NCBI RefSeq assembly: GCF_009914755.1 | Contig: NC_060927.1 | Origin: the human T2T-CHM13v2.0 reference genome, Homo sapiens | Reading direction: 5' to 3' (one strand) | Length of the DNA: 64,000 nucleotides | Shown here: positions 40,400 through 54,089 of the stretch, in pieces | Layout: every line of letters begins with the position of its first letter | How positions within the stretch are numbered: position 1 is the first letter of the stretch | The notes under the pieces: model-generated | What the model was told of the DNA's origin: nothing | Databases searched by the model: none | What the model saw: the letters and a program-made list of their open reading frames with translations, nothing else | Made by a program: the position numbers and the translations under genes

Positions 40400-41280
40400 T
40401 CTGTGCTCTTAGAGGTCAGAATAGAAGTTCCCTTGAGGTTGGGGGTGGATAGTGAATAGAGCTGGAAGGGGGATTCTGGGATCATGAGAATGTTCTGTTT
40501 CTTAATCTGGGTACTGATTTAAGGATGTGTTAAGTTTGCAAATTTGTTGTACTTTTGTGTATGTACAAAGGAGTTTTACAAAGTTCCTGTTGGAAAGCCA
40601 GGAGAAATAGACAATCTTGTGATTGCTGGTGAGATTGTCCATTCAAATAACCCCTATGGAAGCAATCTGGCAATATCTATCAAAATTATAAATGCATGTA
40701 TCCTTTGATCTAAATAATTTTCCTTTTTGGACTTTGTCCTAGTTGCACACATGGAAAATGATATGTAAATAAGAATCATTGCAGTTATTGTCTGTGATAG
40801 CAAAAAAAGAAAAAGAAACAACCTAAATGGCCATTAGTAGGACCAGTTAAATTAAAAAGGGAGCTGGGCATGGTGGTGCACACCTGTAGTCACAGCTACT
40901 CAGGTAGCTGAGAGTAGGAGCTTGAGCCCAGGAGTTCAAATCCAGCCTTGGCCACATAGCAAGACCCCTGTCTCATAAAATAATGATACAGCTATGTAAT
41001 GAGCTGTTATATCAATGTTTAAAATTTTTAAGGTTAAATAAGAAACTTCTCAAGAACTGACTAGAAAAATCCCAAGGCATGTTGAATGAACTAAAAAAAA
41101 AAATGTTTAAGCAAGAGAGAATTAGAACATGTGTTTTTAAAGGAAGGGAATTATGTATTTATATTTACGTATATTCAAGGGCACACAAGCAAATGAGGTG
41201 ACCTTATTAGTAACCTATCTTTTTTGTTATTTTTGAACCACTACATAAATTTCCTTTTCAAAATAATTTAATTAAAAATA
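40400..41280 (+). mobile_element. Ancient L1M fragments (L1MC/ME-like)
   Basis: GAAGTCAGAATAG-like and AATGTTCTGTTTCTTAATCTGGGT 3' UTR motifs; GCAATCTGGCAATATCTATCAAAATTATAAATGCA and AAACAACCTAAATG.CCAT ORF2-end motifs. Confidence 0.6.
40862..40983 (+). mobile_element. FLAM_A-like Alu monomer
   Basis: GCTGGGCATGGTGGTGCACACCTGTAGTC.CAGCTACT..CTTGAGCCCAGGAGTTC..CATAGCAAGACCCCTGTCTC. Confidence 0.8.
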
Positions 41281-41328
41281 ATGATAATGTTAAAAAAAAT
41301 AGACTGACTCCAAATGTGGTGAAATTGA

Positions 41329-41640
<312 letters not shown>

Positions 41641-42017
41641 GCCACTAACTTTTTAAAAGTTATTACCCACAGCTTAACCTTCACTGAAGTGAGCCATGAG
41701 TCAAAAGCCCTTGGAATCCCACCAGCCTCTTTCCATATTATCTAGATTCTGTTTCAGAAACCCAGGAAGGGGAGAGATGCTGGTTTCTTATTACAAAGGG
41801 TTCATCTTCCATGCCACGAGAATATGCTTGAGTTCTGAGTTCCCTGCTCTGGGTTCTCCCTTCTTTTCTCTTTGGCTCACTCTGGCCTTGGATGTATGAA
41901 TGAGAAGCTGATACTATAAAATATCTTTATTCCTGCTTATATAATGACATAACTCCTTTTCACACTGTCATGTTAGTGGTGGAACAGACCCACGAAGAGA
42001 TGATGGTAAGCATAGAG

Positions 42018-42140
42018 CCCATTTTCCTCAAACCTGGAGAAGATTGAGGCTCTGATAACTTTCCCAAGGTCACACAATTGCAATGGCACCCAGAACATGA
42101 ATCCAGGTTTCATGACTCAAAGTAGATCATTGTATGTGCA
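42018..42140 (-). mobile_element. MIR fragment
   Basis: TTGAGGCTCTGATAACTTTCCCAAGGTCACACA..TGAATCCAGGT. Confidence 0.6.
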
Positions 42141-44144
42141 GCAATCCTAGTTCCCTTAGATGAAAACTGGATTTGCTAGAGGTACACCTTTATGCGCTAA
42201 CTATGGAAACCTTTTCAATACCATTCTTACTCGTGATGATATAATTGTGAATATCTTAATCGGAATTCTGTTCTCTCTTGAGTCAGCGGCCTACCAGAAG
42301 TTTCATGGATTTGTGCCATTATAAATTCCTGGAGGCAAGCTAAAGAAGTGCAAATGGAATTCTGAGCCAACTGATGGAGGCTATGTATAAAATTGAGAAG
42401 AGGGAAGGAGAATGAGGTCAATCTCAGAAGGAAAGTGAGTTGTACATAGTACATGAAGACCTGATATTTTTGCGATACCTTAGAAAACTGTAATTTTGGG
42501 CACACTGTGATAAATAGTCTTCATCTCTCATGACAACATTGATTGCATCATTCTTGTAGCTGAAGGTCATTGTTAAGGGTTTTGAGTTTGCATCTAGCTA
42601 CAGGTGGAAAGAGTACCATGATAGATAATGATGTCTGTCACGTGCATAGTCTCAGGGTGTGGCTGAGACCAGCTGCATCAGAATCTACCTTTATTTCGCC
42701 AACTTTCAGCATGTATTATTTCTCAAGCACTGATGACATAATTACATTTAAGATACCTTACTATCTTGCAGGGAGGGCAGACACTCAAAAAAAAAATCTA
42801 AGAAATTCCAATTAGATCCTAAGTTAGATCTTCTGCAACTTATATATGATTTTTCACTTTTTCTTTGAAATTAAAAGAGCAAGTCACTGCCATCATCAGT
42901 TCAATCAAACTATTTCAATCCAACCTATTTACTGAAGACAATTCAGGAGCTTGGCATGCCAAGCAAGCCGATCCACCAGTTGTTTCAAAGTCTACGTAGA
43001 CTCTTTTTTGGAATGAAACGTATTCCCCTCCTTTGTCTCCAATGTCTCCCTCTTCCTCTTGTTTCCCCACCATGCAAATCTCAGACTCTGTATCACAGAG
43101 CTAAGTTTTATCAGAAACTCCACATTTAAGGATTGCGGCATGTGGTTCCCTAAAATAGAAAGCTTTGTGACCTTTTTCAAAATCCTCCCCATTCCATATA
43201 TCCTTCCCAGATACACAGCCCATTCTTTCTGTGGAAGGGAACACTGTAAAGAATGCACAGCCAGCAAGAGGCTTTGGAGCCCAGCAGGGTCCTGGTGGAG
43301 GCATGCATATACATGGAATCAGGGGCGAACCGGATGGACCGTCTCTCCCAGTGAGTGAAAGTCTTAAACCGAGATTAACCTTGAAGCTCAAATTAGATAA
43401 AAACAAATAGAAATTTCTCCACAGGAATAAGAGCTTAATATAAAGGAAAAGTATTGGTAGCCCACATAACTTTAATTAAGATGAAAGGGTTTCCGAGTAT
43501 CTGCTTCCTCGACAATCTTATGTTTAAAGATGTGTGTTGAGCTCAGCATGAAGGAACTAGTCTATGCAGCTCATTATTCACGTTTACAAGGGCCTACTTT
43601 GGGAGCTTTTTGTAAAGCTCTGACGTTCACTTCCAATTTTCTCTCCAAGCATGCCTTTCTCTAGGCCTTTGTTACAGTCTTGAGGAATCTGTCGACCTCT
43701 TTATCACAAGGTGGGCACACCTTACAGCTGAGACACCCCCTTCCAGTTGAAGGAAGACATCAACAGAAACAGAGACACCAACTTTTCCCCAGTGGCTGCA
43801 GCCACGTGTCAGAGAGCAGTGGTGGCCAGCTGGTTGTGCAATTTCTCACACAGAATTCATTGAGACAAGTTTTAAGACAAGTTATTATTTTTTTTTGATA
43901 GGGAAAATCGAGTAGGCAGAAGCTGCACAAGGAATAAAACAGACACATAAACACACTGAAAGACAAGAAAAACCCACTGAAGTTGTTAAAAGACTGAAAT
44001 TTTTCTCTGTTTGTCTTAGAGATACAGTTCTGATGCTTGAGGTAAGCATCCTTCCATTTTCTTGTGTGCTTTTAAACCCTGGTTAGATATCAGTATTTTT
44101 CAGGAAACTTTGTTGGGAACAGATGCTCAACGGGTATCTCTGGA

Positions 44145-44650
44145 GCATTAAGAATAGCAGTTAAGTGCACGGATGTCAGCATCCCAGATGTGCAGGGAGT
44201 TGGTCCCACAAGTTGCTGACGGTGTGATGGTGCGTTCTCTTGACCTCCATTTCTAATCTGTAAACTGGAGAATTATAGTAGCACTTAGTCATTCTGGGAG
44301 GACTAAATTAGGTAATACTGTACCTATAAAACCCATATGTGCCTGACTCATAATAAGCATTTAAATAAATGCTAGCTACTTCATTATATCATTAAAGAGA
44401 ACAGATGTCCACAAAACACATATACATGAAATATTTTCTGATGGTTTCAGTTCACTCATACTAGGTAGGATCTTAGGTAAACTATTTAATGTCCCAATGC
44501 CTCAGTTTATAATCTGTAAAATGGGGATGATATTTACCTGCCTTAGGAGTTGTTGGGAAGATGAAGAGAGACAATATAGAGAGAAACTATCTAGTATAAT
44601 GCCTTGCAATAAGAAGATTTTAATGAACGTGAGACATTAACAGTTACTAC
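44145..44650 (+). mobile_element. Two adjacent MIR fragments
   Basis: CCTCCATTTCTAATCTGTAAACTGGAG and GCCTCAGTTTATAATCTGTAAAATGGGGATGATA cores. Confidence 0.65.
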
Positions 44651-45364
44651 TTAAAGTCTGTCTAGCATGTTTTAGATAAGTGCTGTCCTTGGGAATCCAG
44701 GATGTGAGTGATAACTCTGTGTTATTGCCTCATGGATTCAGCTAAAGTGGATCTACAAAATGTAGGGAATGTACTCTATGCAGAATAAAAGATCAAAAAC
44801 CATAATATTTGCCCAACTGATCTTTTGTTATTAAAAAAGTGGGAGGTCTATATCCAAATTTTAAAAGCTTGAAAAATAATACATACCACCTCCTCCAATC
44901 CCACTGAGCCTTTAGTCCTTTGAGGATTCACAATGGCAGTTTTTGTTTTTGTTTTAAGCAAAGATAGTTCATAGTAAAGAAGCATGTGGAACTTGATTTC
45001 TACCTAGGTTTTCTAGTCTTAACCATGAACCCATTTTCCCCACAGTACTTACTACTCATGGTGACTGGTTGAAACATACCCTAGTAGAAGAATATAATCA
45101 GAATATTATAAGAATATAATCAGAAATAAAATGCTCTAATGAATTAAAATCAGATGATCATTTCTGAACCTGGAGAAGCAGCAATTTCTCACAACTTTTT
45201 GTGAATTAATATCCTGCAGAATTACTCCTCAAAGCACTGGTTGTATAAAACAAATTGACACTCAAACATATCTTGCTTGCATCAGCAAGGATAAAAAATA
45301 CTCATCAATTTAGCAGAAACCTAAGATGACTGAGTGATCCAATCTAGAGGACCCCTCCCTAAGG

Positions 45365-46230
<866 letters not shown>

Positions 46231-46954
46231 TACACATTTTCTGAAATTGTTCAATATGCACCCACAATTAGCGTGTCCAGGTAGCTGGTTTATAATCATT
46301 TCCCATGGGTATGGGAGAGTTGGAGAATGTTCTGACGGAATTTCAAGGTACCAGATATACATAAGAAACGATGTCCATCATGAATCCGGGTAGATTTCAT
46401 CATTTGAGTCTCTTCAAATCCAGATCAGTATCCCTAAACGTGTTCTGCATTTTCACGATATATTCAAGGAAGAAGGAATTGCAGGTCTGATTTGTGGCAG
46501 GATGTATTAAAGTGCTAGAGTCCCTTGAGAGTATTAGAGCCCTTGGGAGTGACTAGCTTATTCACGCATACCAATAATATATACTTAGGGCCTCCTTATG
46601 CCAAGCACCATTCTAGAATCTGGGCATACGTCAGGCAACAAGACAAATCAGTCTCTTTTTTTTCCACAGGACTTGGGCCCTAGTAGCCAGTCCACAGACA
46701 AGTGACTCCTTCATTTGTAAAAACAGGAGAGTCATCATAATTAGCATGGGTGGGAAGACAGTAATATGTCTTATGTGATGCATACTATAAGGAAATACAA
46801 GGCAGGGTAGCGGGGTGGGAAGTGACAGGACTAGAGAGAAAGTGGAATAAAGAATAGCTAAGTCTCTCTGGCGGAGGGGAAAAGGAAAAGCGCCAAAACT
46901 CTACTGAGACACAGAAAACACAGTATGACCAGGTCAAATGGGAACCTAACACGT

Positions 46955-47535
46955 ACCAAATCCTTTCCATGTGCCAAACACTGTGCTGTAAGCTTTGCTT
47001 GGATGAATCCATTTCATCTGCACAGCCACCCTAGGAGATCAGTTCTTTGATCATCCCCTTTTAACAGATGTATTAGTCTGTTCTCACACTGCTATAAAGA
47101 ACTACCTGAGACTGGATAATTTTTGAAGAAAAGAGGTTTAATTGACTCACAGTTTCACAGGCTATATAGGAAGTATGACTGGGAAGCCTCAGTAAACTTA
47201 CAATCATGGCGGAAGGTGAAGGGGAAGCAAGTACGTCTTGCCATGGTGGAGCAGGAGAGAAATAAAGTGAAGCACACACTTTCGGACAACCAGATCTCAT
47301 GAGAACTCACAGTCACCAGTACAGCCAGGGGGAAGTCTGCCCCCATGATTCAATCACCTCTACCAGGTCCCTCTCCTGACATGTAAGGATTACACTTTGA
47401 GATGAGATTTGGGTAGGGACACAACAAAACCACATCAACAGATGAGGAAATAGAGGGCCGAAGAGGCTGAGTCCTTGCCCTCTGTCACAGAGCTCCTGAG
47501 GAATGCCACTGGGGTCTACTCAGGCAGCCTGAACC
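46955..47535 (-). mobile_element. MIR split by an MSTA LTR
   Basis: CCCCTTTTAACAGA|LTR|ACAGATGAGGAAA.AGAGG reconstitutes the reverse MIR core. Confidence 0.75.
47069..47437 (-). mobile_element. MSTA solo LTR
   Basis: TGTATTAGTC..CACATCA; perfect TSD ACAGA at 47064-47068 and 47438-47442. Confidence 0.9.
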
Positions 47536-47807
47536 AGTCTTTGGTTCTGAACTCCATCTAGTTTTCCATTTGCTTACTGGGGTGTAGTGGAGTGGGTCAG
47601 GGCTTGCTTTAGAAGAGGAAGAGGCAGTCAAGAAAACCTGTGACATTACTTGACTACTCTAGCCTTGACTCTGAGCTCTCACCCAGACCCTTCCTCATCA
47701 GCATACATACACAGAAGAAAAATGAGAAAATGCATTTTGCTTTCAAAAGGGAATGTAGTATCATAAATACAAAATACAAATGAAGAATAAAAGTTTCTAG
47801 TTATTTC

Positions 47808-48052
47808 TTTGGGAGGCTGAGGCGGGCGGATCACGAGGTCAGGAGATCAAGACCACCCTGGCTAACACGGTGAAAAACCCGTCTCTACTAAAAATACAAA
47901 AAATTACCCGGGCATAGTGGCAGGCGGCTGTAGTCCCAGCTACTTGAGAGGTTGAGGCAGGAGAATGGCGTGAACCCGGGAGGCAGAGCTTTCAGTGAGA
48001 CAAGATCACGCCACTGAACTCCAGCCTGGGTGACACAGCGAGACTCCGTCTC

Positions 48053-48074
<22 letters not shown>
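47808..48074 (+). mobile_element. AluY, 5'-truncated
   Basis: Starts at TTTGGGAGG; AluY diagnostics; perfect TSD AAAAGTTTCTAGTTATTTC at 47789-47807 and 48075-48093. Confidence 0.92.
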
Positions 48075-48084
<10 letters not shown>

Positions 48085-48240
48085 AGTTATTTCCATTATA
48101 TGACATTTTGGGCTTGATTTTTTTTTCAATTTATTCCATACCCATTAAAATCCTACTCCAATTCCTTCTATTGTTAATGAGCAAATAAAGGAATTTGCTG
48201 TTGTCATGTACTAAGCTTTTACTTCGTACACTTGGGACAG

Positions 48241-49534
48241 ACAGATTGGAGAGAGTGAGGAGGCTCCCTCTAGCTTCCATTAGAGATGGCGCTGAGGCAA
48301 GTGAGCTGGACAGGCACTGGGTTCCTGTGTGCCTCACTGAGGAAAAATAAACATGGGCAAAGGAGATCCTATGACACCAAGAGGTGAATGTCATTATACG
48401 TGTTCTTTGTGTAAACTTGTCAAAAGGAGCTCAAGAAGCAGCACCCAGGTGCTTCAGCCAACTCCTCCTTACAGTTTTCTAAGATACACTCAGAGAGGTG
48501 GAAGACCATGTCTGCTAAGGTGAAAGGAAAATTTGAAGACACAGCAAAGGCAGACGAGGCCCATTATTTAATTAAAAAGAAAACAACTATATTTCTTCTA
48601 AAGGAGAAACAAAAAAGTTCAAGGATTCCAATGCACCCCAGAAGCCTCCTTTGGCCTTTTTCTCCTTCTGTTCTGAGTATTGCCCCAAAAGCAAAGGAGA
48701 ACATCCCAGCCTATCCATTGGTGATGCTGCAAGGAAACTGATAGAGATGTAGAGTAACACTGCTGCAGATGGCAAGCAACCTCATGAAAAGGTGCAGCTA
48801 GGCATTGTGGCACATGCCTGTAATGGTGCACTTTGGGAGGCTGTGGCAGGGGGACTGCTAAGGCTAGGAGTTCAAGACCAGCCTGGACAATATAACAAGA
48901 CCCCATCTCTATGAAAAAAAAATTTAATGAAAATAAAGGCTGCCAAGCTGAAGGAAAAATAAGAAAAGGATATTGCTACATACCAAGCTAAAGGAAAGCC
49001 TGATGCAACAAAAAATTGACTCATCAAGGCAGAGAAAAGCAAGAAAAAGAAGAGGAAGATGAAGATGATGAATAAGTTGGCCCTAGCAGTTTTTTTCCTT
49101 GTCTATAAAGCATTGTACCTCCCTACACACTACTCATTCTTTTTAAAGGAAAACATTAAAATAAAAGGCTGTGTAAGGTTTGTTTTTAAATTGCAAAGTG
49201 TCTTTTGTAGAGGTGGCACACTAGGAAATGTGTCTTTAGATAGCCCCAGTGCCAGTGGCATTTTCAGTAGCCACTAACCTTGCCTGGTGTAGTATGGGGT
49301 TGCAAATTGGCAAGGAAGACTAAAACAGGTTCTCGTTGGTGCACAGCACAAATTTGTTATATACGGGGATGACAGTTTTTTCATCTTCAATTGTCTCTGA
49401 TGCAATTTACACGAAACAATTGTCACTCTGTGACCTGAATACCACTCTGTAATTGCAAAAAAAGATGCAGCTGTTTTGTTGACATCCTTAATGCTTCAAG
49501 TAAATACAATGTTTTATTTAGAATAAATAAAAAA
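48241..49534 (+). pseudogene. HMGB1: Processed HMGB1 pseudogene, disrupted (possibly HMGB1P36; locus name recalled, unverified)
   Basis: HMGB1-like 5' UTR; ATGGGCAAAGGAGATCCT at 48353; peptide remnants ([19 protein letters not shown]); stop at 49073-49075; long HMGB1 3' UTR; A-rich tail; intronless with several stops and frameshifts; possible TSD TTGG(G/A)ACAG. Confidence 0.93.
48796..48926 (+). mobile_element. FLAM_C-like Alu monomer inside the HMGB1 retrocopy
   Basis: GTGGCACATGCCTGTAAT..CACTTTGGGAGGCTG..AGGAGTTCAAGACCAGCCTGG..CCCCATCTCTA plus A tail; HMGB1 GAAAA..GG.TGC duplicated on both sides. Confidence 0.85.
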
Positions 49535-50724
49535 TTGGAACAGGGTATAGAAATTTCAAAGCATGTGACATTTTGTGTCAGATTCTAATCCTGGTCATCT
49601 CACTGCTTCTTTTCTAATTTCCTTACCTTCTCACTTTGCTCATCACTCGGCTTAGAATTCGGTTCCTAATAAGTGCTCAATAAAAGTTAAACTGAGCAGG
49701 TGAACCTGTACTCCTTATTTGTTCCTTGGTACATTTGTCAGTGCGCTTGCGTGAGTGTTTCCAAAATACTTAGTGATCTTCAGATCAAATCATTCTCTAA
49801 GTACAAGGGGGTTGTTATTTATAATACTCAGCCTATGGAATGGTGTTGCGGTAAAAAAAATTTTCCCACAGAGCAGAGTAGAATGAACTTTTTATTCACT
49901 TTGTGCAAAAAGCCAAAATTAACATCTTTTTGCTTTTTTGCATTTAGTGTCGAATATTTAATTCAGCCCTACGTTGGGAGTTTTTAGGATTTTTAAAAAT
50001 CATTTGTTGAACTAAGGGCTTCACTGCTCCCGTGAAGTCCATCATTTCCTGGTATTAGATACAGCTTTTCATTTAATTAATTTTAATACAGTAATTTATT
50101 TTTATATTTTCCTCTAATCTTGTCAACCCAATGTGGATTTTGCTTTTAATAAAGTACAGGGTAAGCTACTTAAAGTGAACTAATTGGGCAAAGCCTGGCT
50201 TGTCCATCTGATCAGAACGGACACTTGAAAGGAGGTGGGGCTGGCGGGGGCACAGACAGCAAAAGAGAAGAAAACTCATGCTCAGAGCCCGTGGGGCAGA
50301 GGCTGCAAAGTGGTTAGAACTTGCCAGCACACAGAGGGTATAATCGGACTGTGTAGGACCCCAGGAGAGTTCAGAAAATTGATTTCCTTTATGGCTCCAG
50401 CAGCAGCCCTAGCTCTCATGAGACAGAAAAAAATATTCTGAGTTTTTGAAAGTGGATTGTAATCCATTACGCAGTCCTGTAATTCCTATGGAATTCTTCC
50501 TATAGCTCTGTCCTTTGGCAAGAATGCTCATGTGTATAAGCATGTGCACACTTTCATCAGCACTCTTAGTTTTTACAGACCTTTATTTTCTATGAGCAAA
50601 CTACAGTTTTGTTTTCAAAGAATCCTGCATTCCACTCAGTTCTACACCCATCTTGACTGTATAATCACGGGCCAGGCTCATACTAGACACGGGGTGCAGG
50701 GATTTTAAACATGAAAGGCAGCCC

Positions 50725-51028
50725 GGCCGGGCAGGGTGGCTCACGCCTGTAATCCCAGCACTTTGGGAGGTCGAGGTGGGTGGATCACGAGGTCAGGAGA
50801 TCGAGACCATCCTGGCTAACACGGTGAAACCCAATCTCTACTAAGAATACAAAAAATTAGCCGGGCGTGGTGGTGGGTGCCTGTAGTCCCAGCTATTCAG
50901 GAGGCTGAAGCAGGAGAATGGCGTGAACCCAGGAGGTGGAGCTTGCAGTGAGCTGAGATCATGCCACTGGACTCCAGCTCAGGTGACAGAGCGAGACTCT
51001 GTCTCAAAAAAAAAAAAAAAGAAAGAAA
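50725..51028 (+). mobile_element. AluY
   Basis: Full dimer with AluY diagnostics; TSD GAAAGG(C/T)AGCCC at 50713-50724 and 51029-51040. Confidence 0.93.
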
Positions 51029-51179
51029 GAAAGGTAGCCCTTGCCCTACCAGAGGCTACCCTCTATTGAAGTAAGAGCCTGAAGAAACCCTCTAACCCTC
51101 CTTGAGCTGGGTTAGGACTAGTTACTTTGGAAACCATAAAGGTTCCCCATCAAATTGATTCTATGCCCAATTAGACTAG

Positions 51180-51385
51180 TGAGATGTAGTGATGAAGGTC
51201 CCCAGTTCTGAAACTAGGCTGCTTGGGTTTGAATTCTGGATCTGCCATTGACTTGGGATCATATGGTTTTCCTGCCTACAAAATGCAGATGTAACTGCAG
51301 CAGCCTTACAGTGTTCTTAGAGGACTATATGAGAGTACATCAAGGGTTTCGTGGGATTCACATGTGGTAAGTACCATGTGCTAAT
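51180..51385 (+). mobile_element. MIR
   Basis: CTGCTTGGGTTTGAATTCTGGATCTGCCA..TACAAAATG.. Confidence 0.65.
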
Positions 51386-51391
51386 GCTGAA

Positions 51392-51910
51392 TATTTATCA
51401 GACTCTTCTGGTTGCAAGCAACAGAAACTCAAACTGGCTTAGGCAACAAGGGGTTAAATTCACTCAATGTAAAAATGCAAAGGCAGAAATGAATGCAGGT
51501 GTGCAACTCATTTCTTCAGATCCTCTCTCTCCCTGACTCCCCTGTGCATCCAGCCTTTCTCTGTGTTGGCTTCCTTTTCAGGAAAGTTCCCTCCCTGTGT
51601 CCCCCAACAACCCAGCTGCCAGTATCATCTCCAGTGGAAAAGAGAGATTCTCCTTTGCCATAGCCCTGACAACACTCACAGGACCATGTTTCATTGTACA
51701 GGCTTGAGACACAGGCACATCTCTGGAACCTTCATTGTGAGTTCTGTGCTTCTCAAGGCAGACCTACATCACATGTCACGTCACCCAGGCGCAAGGAGGC
51801 AAAGGATCCTTGGATAGAGAGTAGGAGAGTGGTGACCACCTAAATATAAAAATGATCTGTTACTGAAAGATAGTGGACAGACACTGGGCCAAGAAATCAT
51901 AATGATTGCT
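51392..51910 (-). mobile_element. MLT1K/J-like LTR
   Basis: TCAGACTCTT.TGGTTGCAAG.AACAGAAAC.CAAACTGGCTTA terminus; CTCTGTGTTGGCTTC; CCAGTGGAAAAGAGAG. Confidence 0.7.
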
Positions 51911-53740
51911 ATGCGTGCTAGACTAAGATGCTTGAACTGATGTGTCCCACTCCATTGCTGTCTGGTGCACTAAGCAGTAACAAAGTGCATTCACCACAGG
52001 GGCAAGCCTTGTTTTCTTCAAGTACTTTTTATTATGGAATATGTAATTGGCTTGTTTAAATGGCTTTTATTAAAATACGCATATACGTCTCTAAACCCCA
52101 ACTGTTCACACAATATCTGCACCTCCTTTCTGGTTTTTGAAAGCAGTTTAGCCTAGAGGCCATGCATTGACCAAGGTAGCTGTTGCTTTAGAGATATGGG
52201 CACATCTTTTCTCTGGCCACTCCCTATGGGAGCCTACCCCAACCCTAATTTTTCTGAGCCCTGCCTTCTACCCCTCTGGGGAGAATTCTCGTCGTTATTC
52301 TTCTTCACCTGCTCAGGAGCTTGGCTTCAGTCTCCTCCCATGCTGCTTCAGATATGCAATGTAAACACTGATTTTAACAAGAAAACTTCCTCCTAGGGAA
52401 GTCCTCCAAGTTTATCCACATGTGCACTGTGTTGCTTGCTAAAACCCTAGAGAAAATTACAGGAGGCTCATGTAGGTTAAAGGGAGGCAGAAGTGATGAG
52501 AGCATGGCATTGGAGCAGTTGGCATGGGAGTGTCAGAGATGAGAGTGCAGACCTGGGACAAGCCTATAAAGAGAGAATAGATGCATGAGGGGACCATGCT
52601 TGAGACCATGGGGAAGCTAAACCCATGAGCGCCATTTAGGTGAGCACATCTGTATTCTGCTCCATTAGCTGGTCATCTAAATTGGAGGCATGGGGAGTTT
52701 CCGTCAGCAACATCAGCCTAATGTTGCCTTTGGATGCTTCAGCAAAGGGCCCTGAGACTTTGCCAGGTCCCCAAAATTACCCTGTGGATAGACTATGTTT
52801 TAAGTGGCCCAACATGCCCAGAACCTTGTGATGTTAGAAGGCACTGAGTAATGGCGAAACCCACCCCTAAGACATGAGTATGTATTATCATCAAAGGATG
52901 AAGATACATCCTGCTTTTAATATCTCAGTCAGTTGATGTGAGCCCTTTGCTCAGAGGCCCTGCATGTTTACTGATACCCAACAAGCTTCCTGTGCTCATT
53001 GAGTGACACACATATCTCCAATATGAGCGCTTTTTCCCTAATGCAACTCTAAAAAGAGTGTGGTCAAGCATAGAATATTGTCAACATCCGTTCTTTCATA
53101 GCTTTAACTCTGCACAGAAAAAAAAAAAAAAAACCACTCCTTTACTGCCTAAGTATATAGGCATTGAAACATAGATTATGTAGCAATGGGTTGAGATGCT
53201 CTAGAGATTTGCCCAGATAAAACGAAACAAAGGCAAGTACATTTAGAAACAGTAGTCGAAGTGTCAAGCAAAAAGAAAAAGTTTGCCTGTCAGTGTAATA
53301 GACACAGTATGAAATGAGACGGTAACACAGTTCAAGATTTGAGACAGTCCTTGGGTTTGTTGAGCCACATGTCCAAAAGCTAGATCATGACTAAGATAAG
53401 TCATGATGGCTACTGTCTACTAAAATAGTAAAAACATATTTTATCCTCTGGTGTAACATTCTTCTGGTTGCTAAATTGGCAGAACATCTATTGGGGAGCT
53501 TAAACCTACAGTGGGAAAGAGTTCTGCATTGGATGCTGTTATTAATAATTTGTGTAATGCCTTCTAGATGGTATATTAGCTGTGTGATATTTCTCCATGC
53601 AATAAATGTATGCCTGATGTATGCCAGGCAATGTTTTGATGATGTACGATATATGCTAGGTCCTAGGGATTCTGAGGTCAATAAGAATGGGTGAGGTAGG
53701 AACAGGGAATATATGAACAAATAGACAAATAAATTATTTA

Positions 53741-53888
53741 GGCAGTCACGGTGGCTCACGCCTGTAATCCCAGCACTTTGGGAGGCTGAGGCGGGTGGAT
53801 TGATTGAGCCCAGGAGTTGGAGACCAGCCTGGGCAAATAGCGACACTCCATCTCTAAGAACAAACAACAAACAAAAACAAAAACAAAA
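53741..53888 (+). mobile_element. FLAM_C / AluJ left monomer with (CAAA)n tail
   Basis: CGGTGGCTCACGCCTGTAATCCCAGCACTTTGGGAGG..TTGAGCCCAGGAGTT..CCATCTCTA. Confidence 0.85.
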
Positions 53889-54089
53889 GAGAAAATAGAT
53901 ACTGATTAAAAACTATGAAAACAGGATGAGTGATGACAAGTAACGGGTGGCTCTTTTGGATTTTGTTCTTAGGAAAGACCCTTTGAAACCTTTGAAGTCT
54001 GAATGACCAGAAGGAAATGCCATGTGGCAGGAAGCAAAGAATATTCCAGAGAAAAGACACAGTTAATGCAAACTTCTAAAAAGGGGCAA

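Noticed and set aside
48353-49075. Functional HMGB1 paralogue
   Set aside because: Early frameshift, in-frame stops, FLAM insertion and truncated acidic tail.
53391-53870. 159-aa minus-strand ORF
   Set aside because: It begins in an antisense FLAM and runs through L2-like and AT-rich sequence, with no protein family resemblance.
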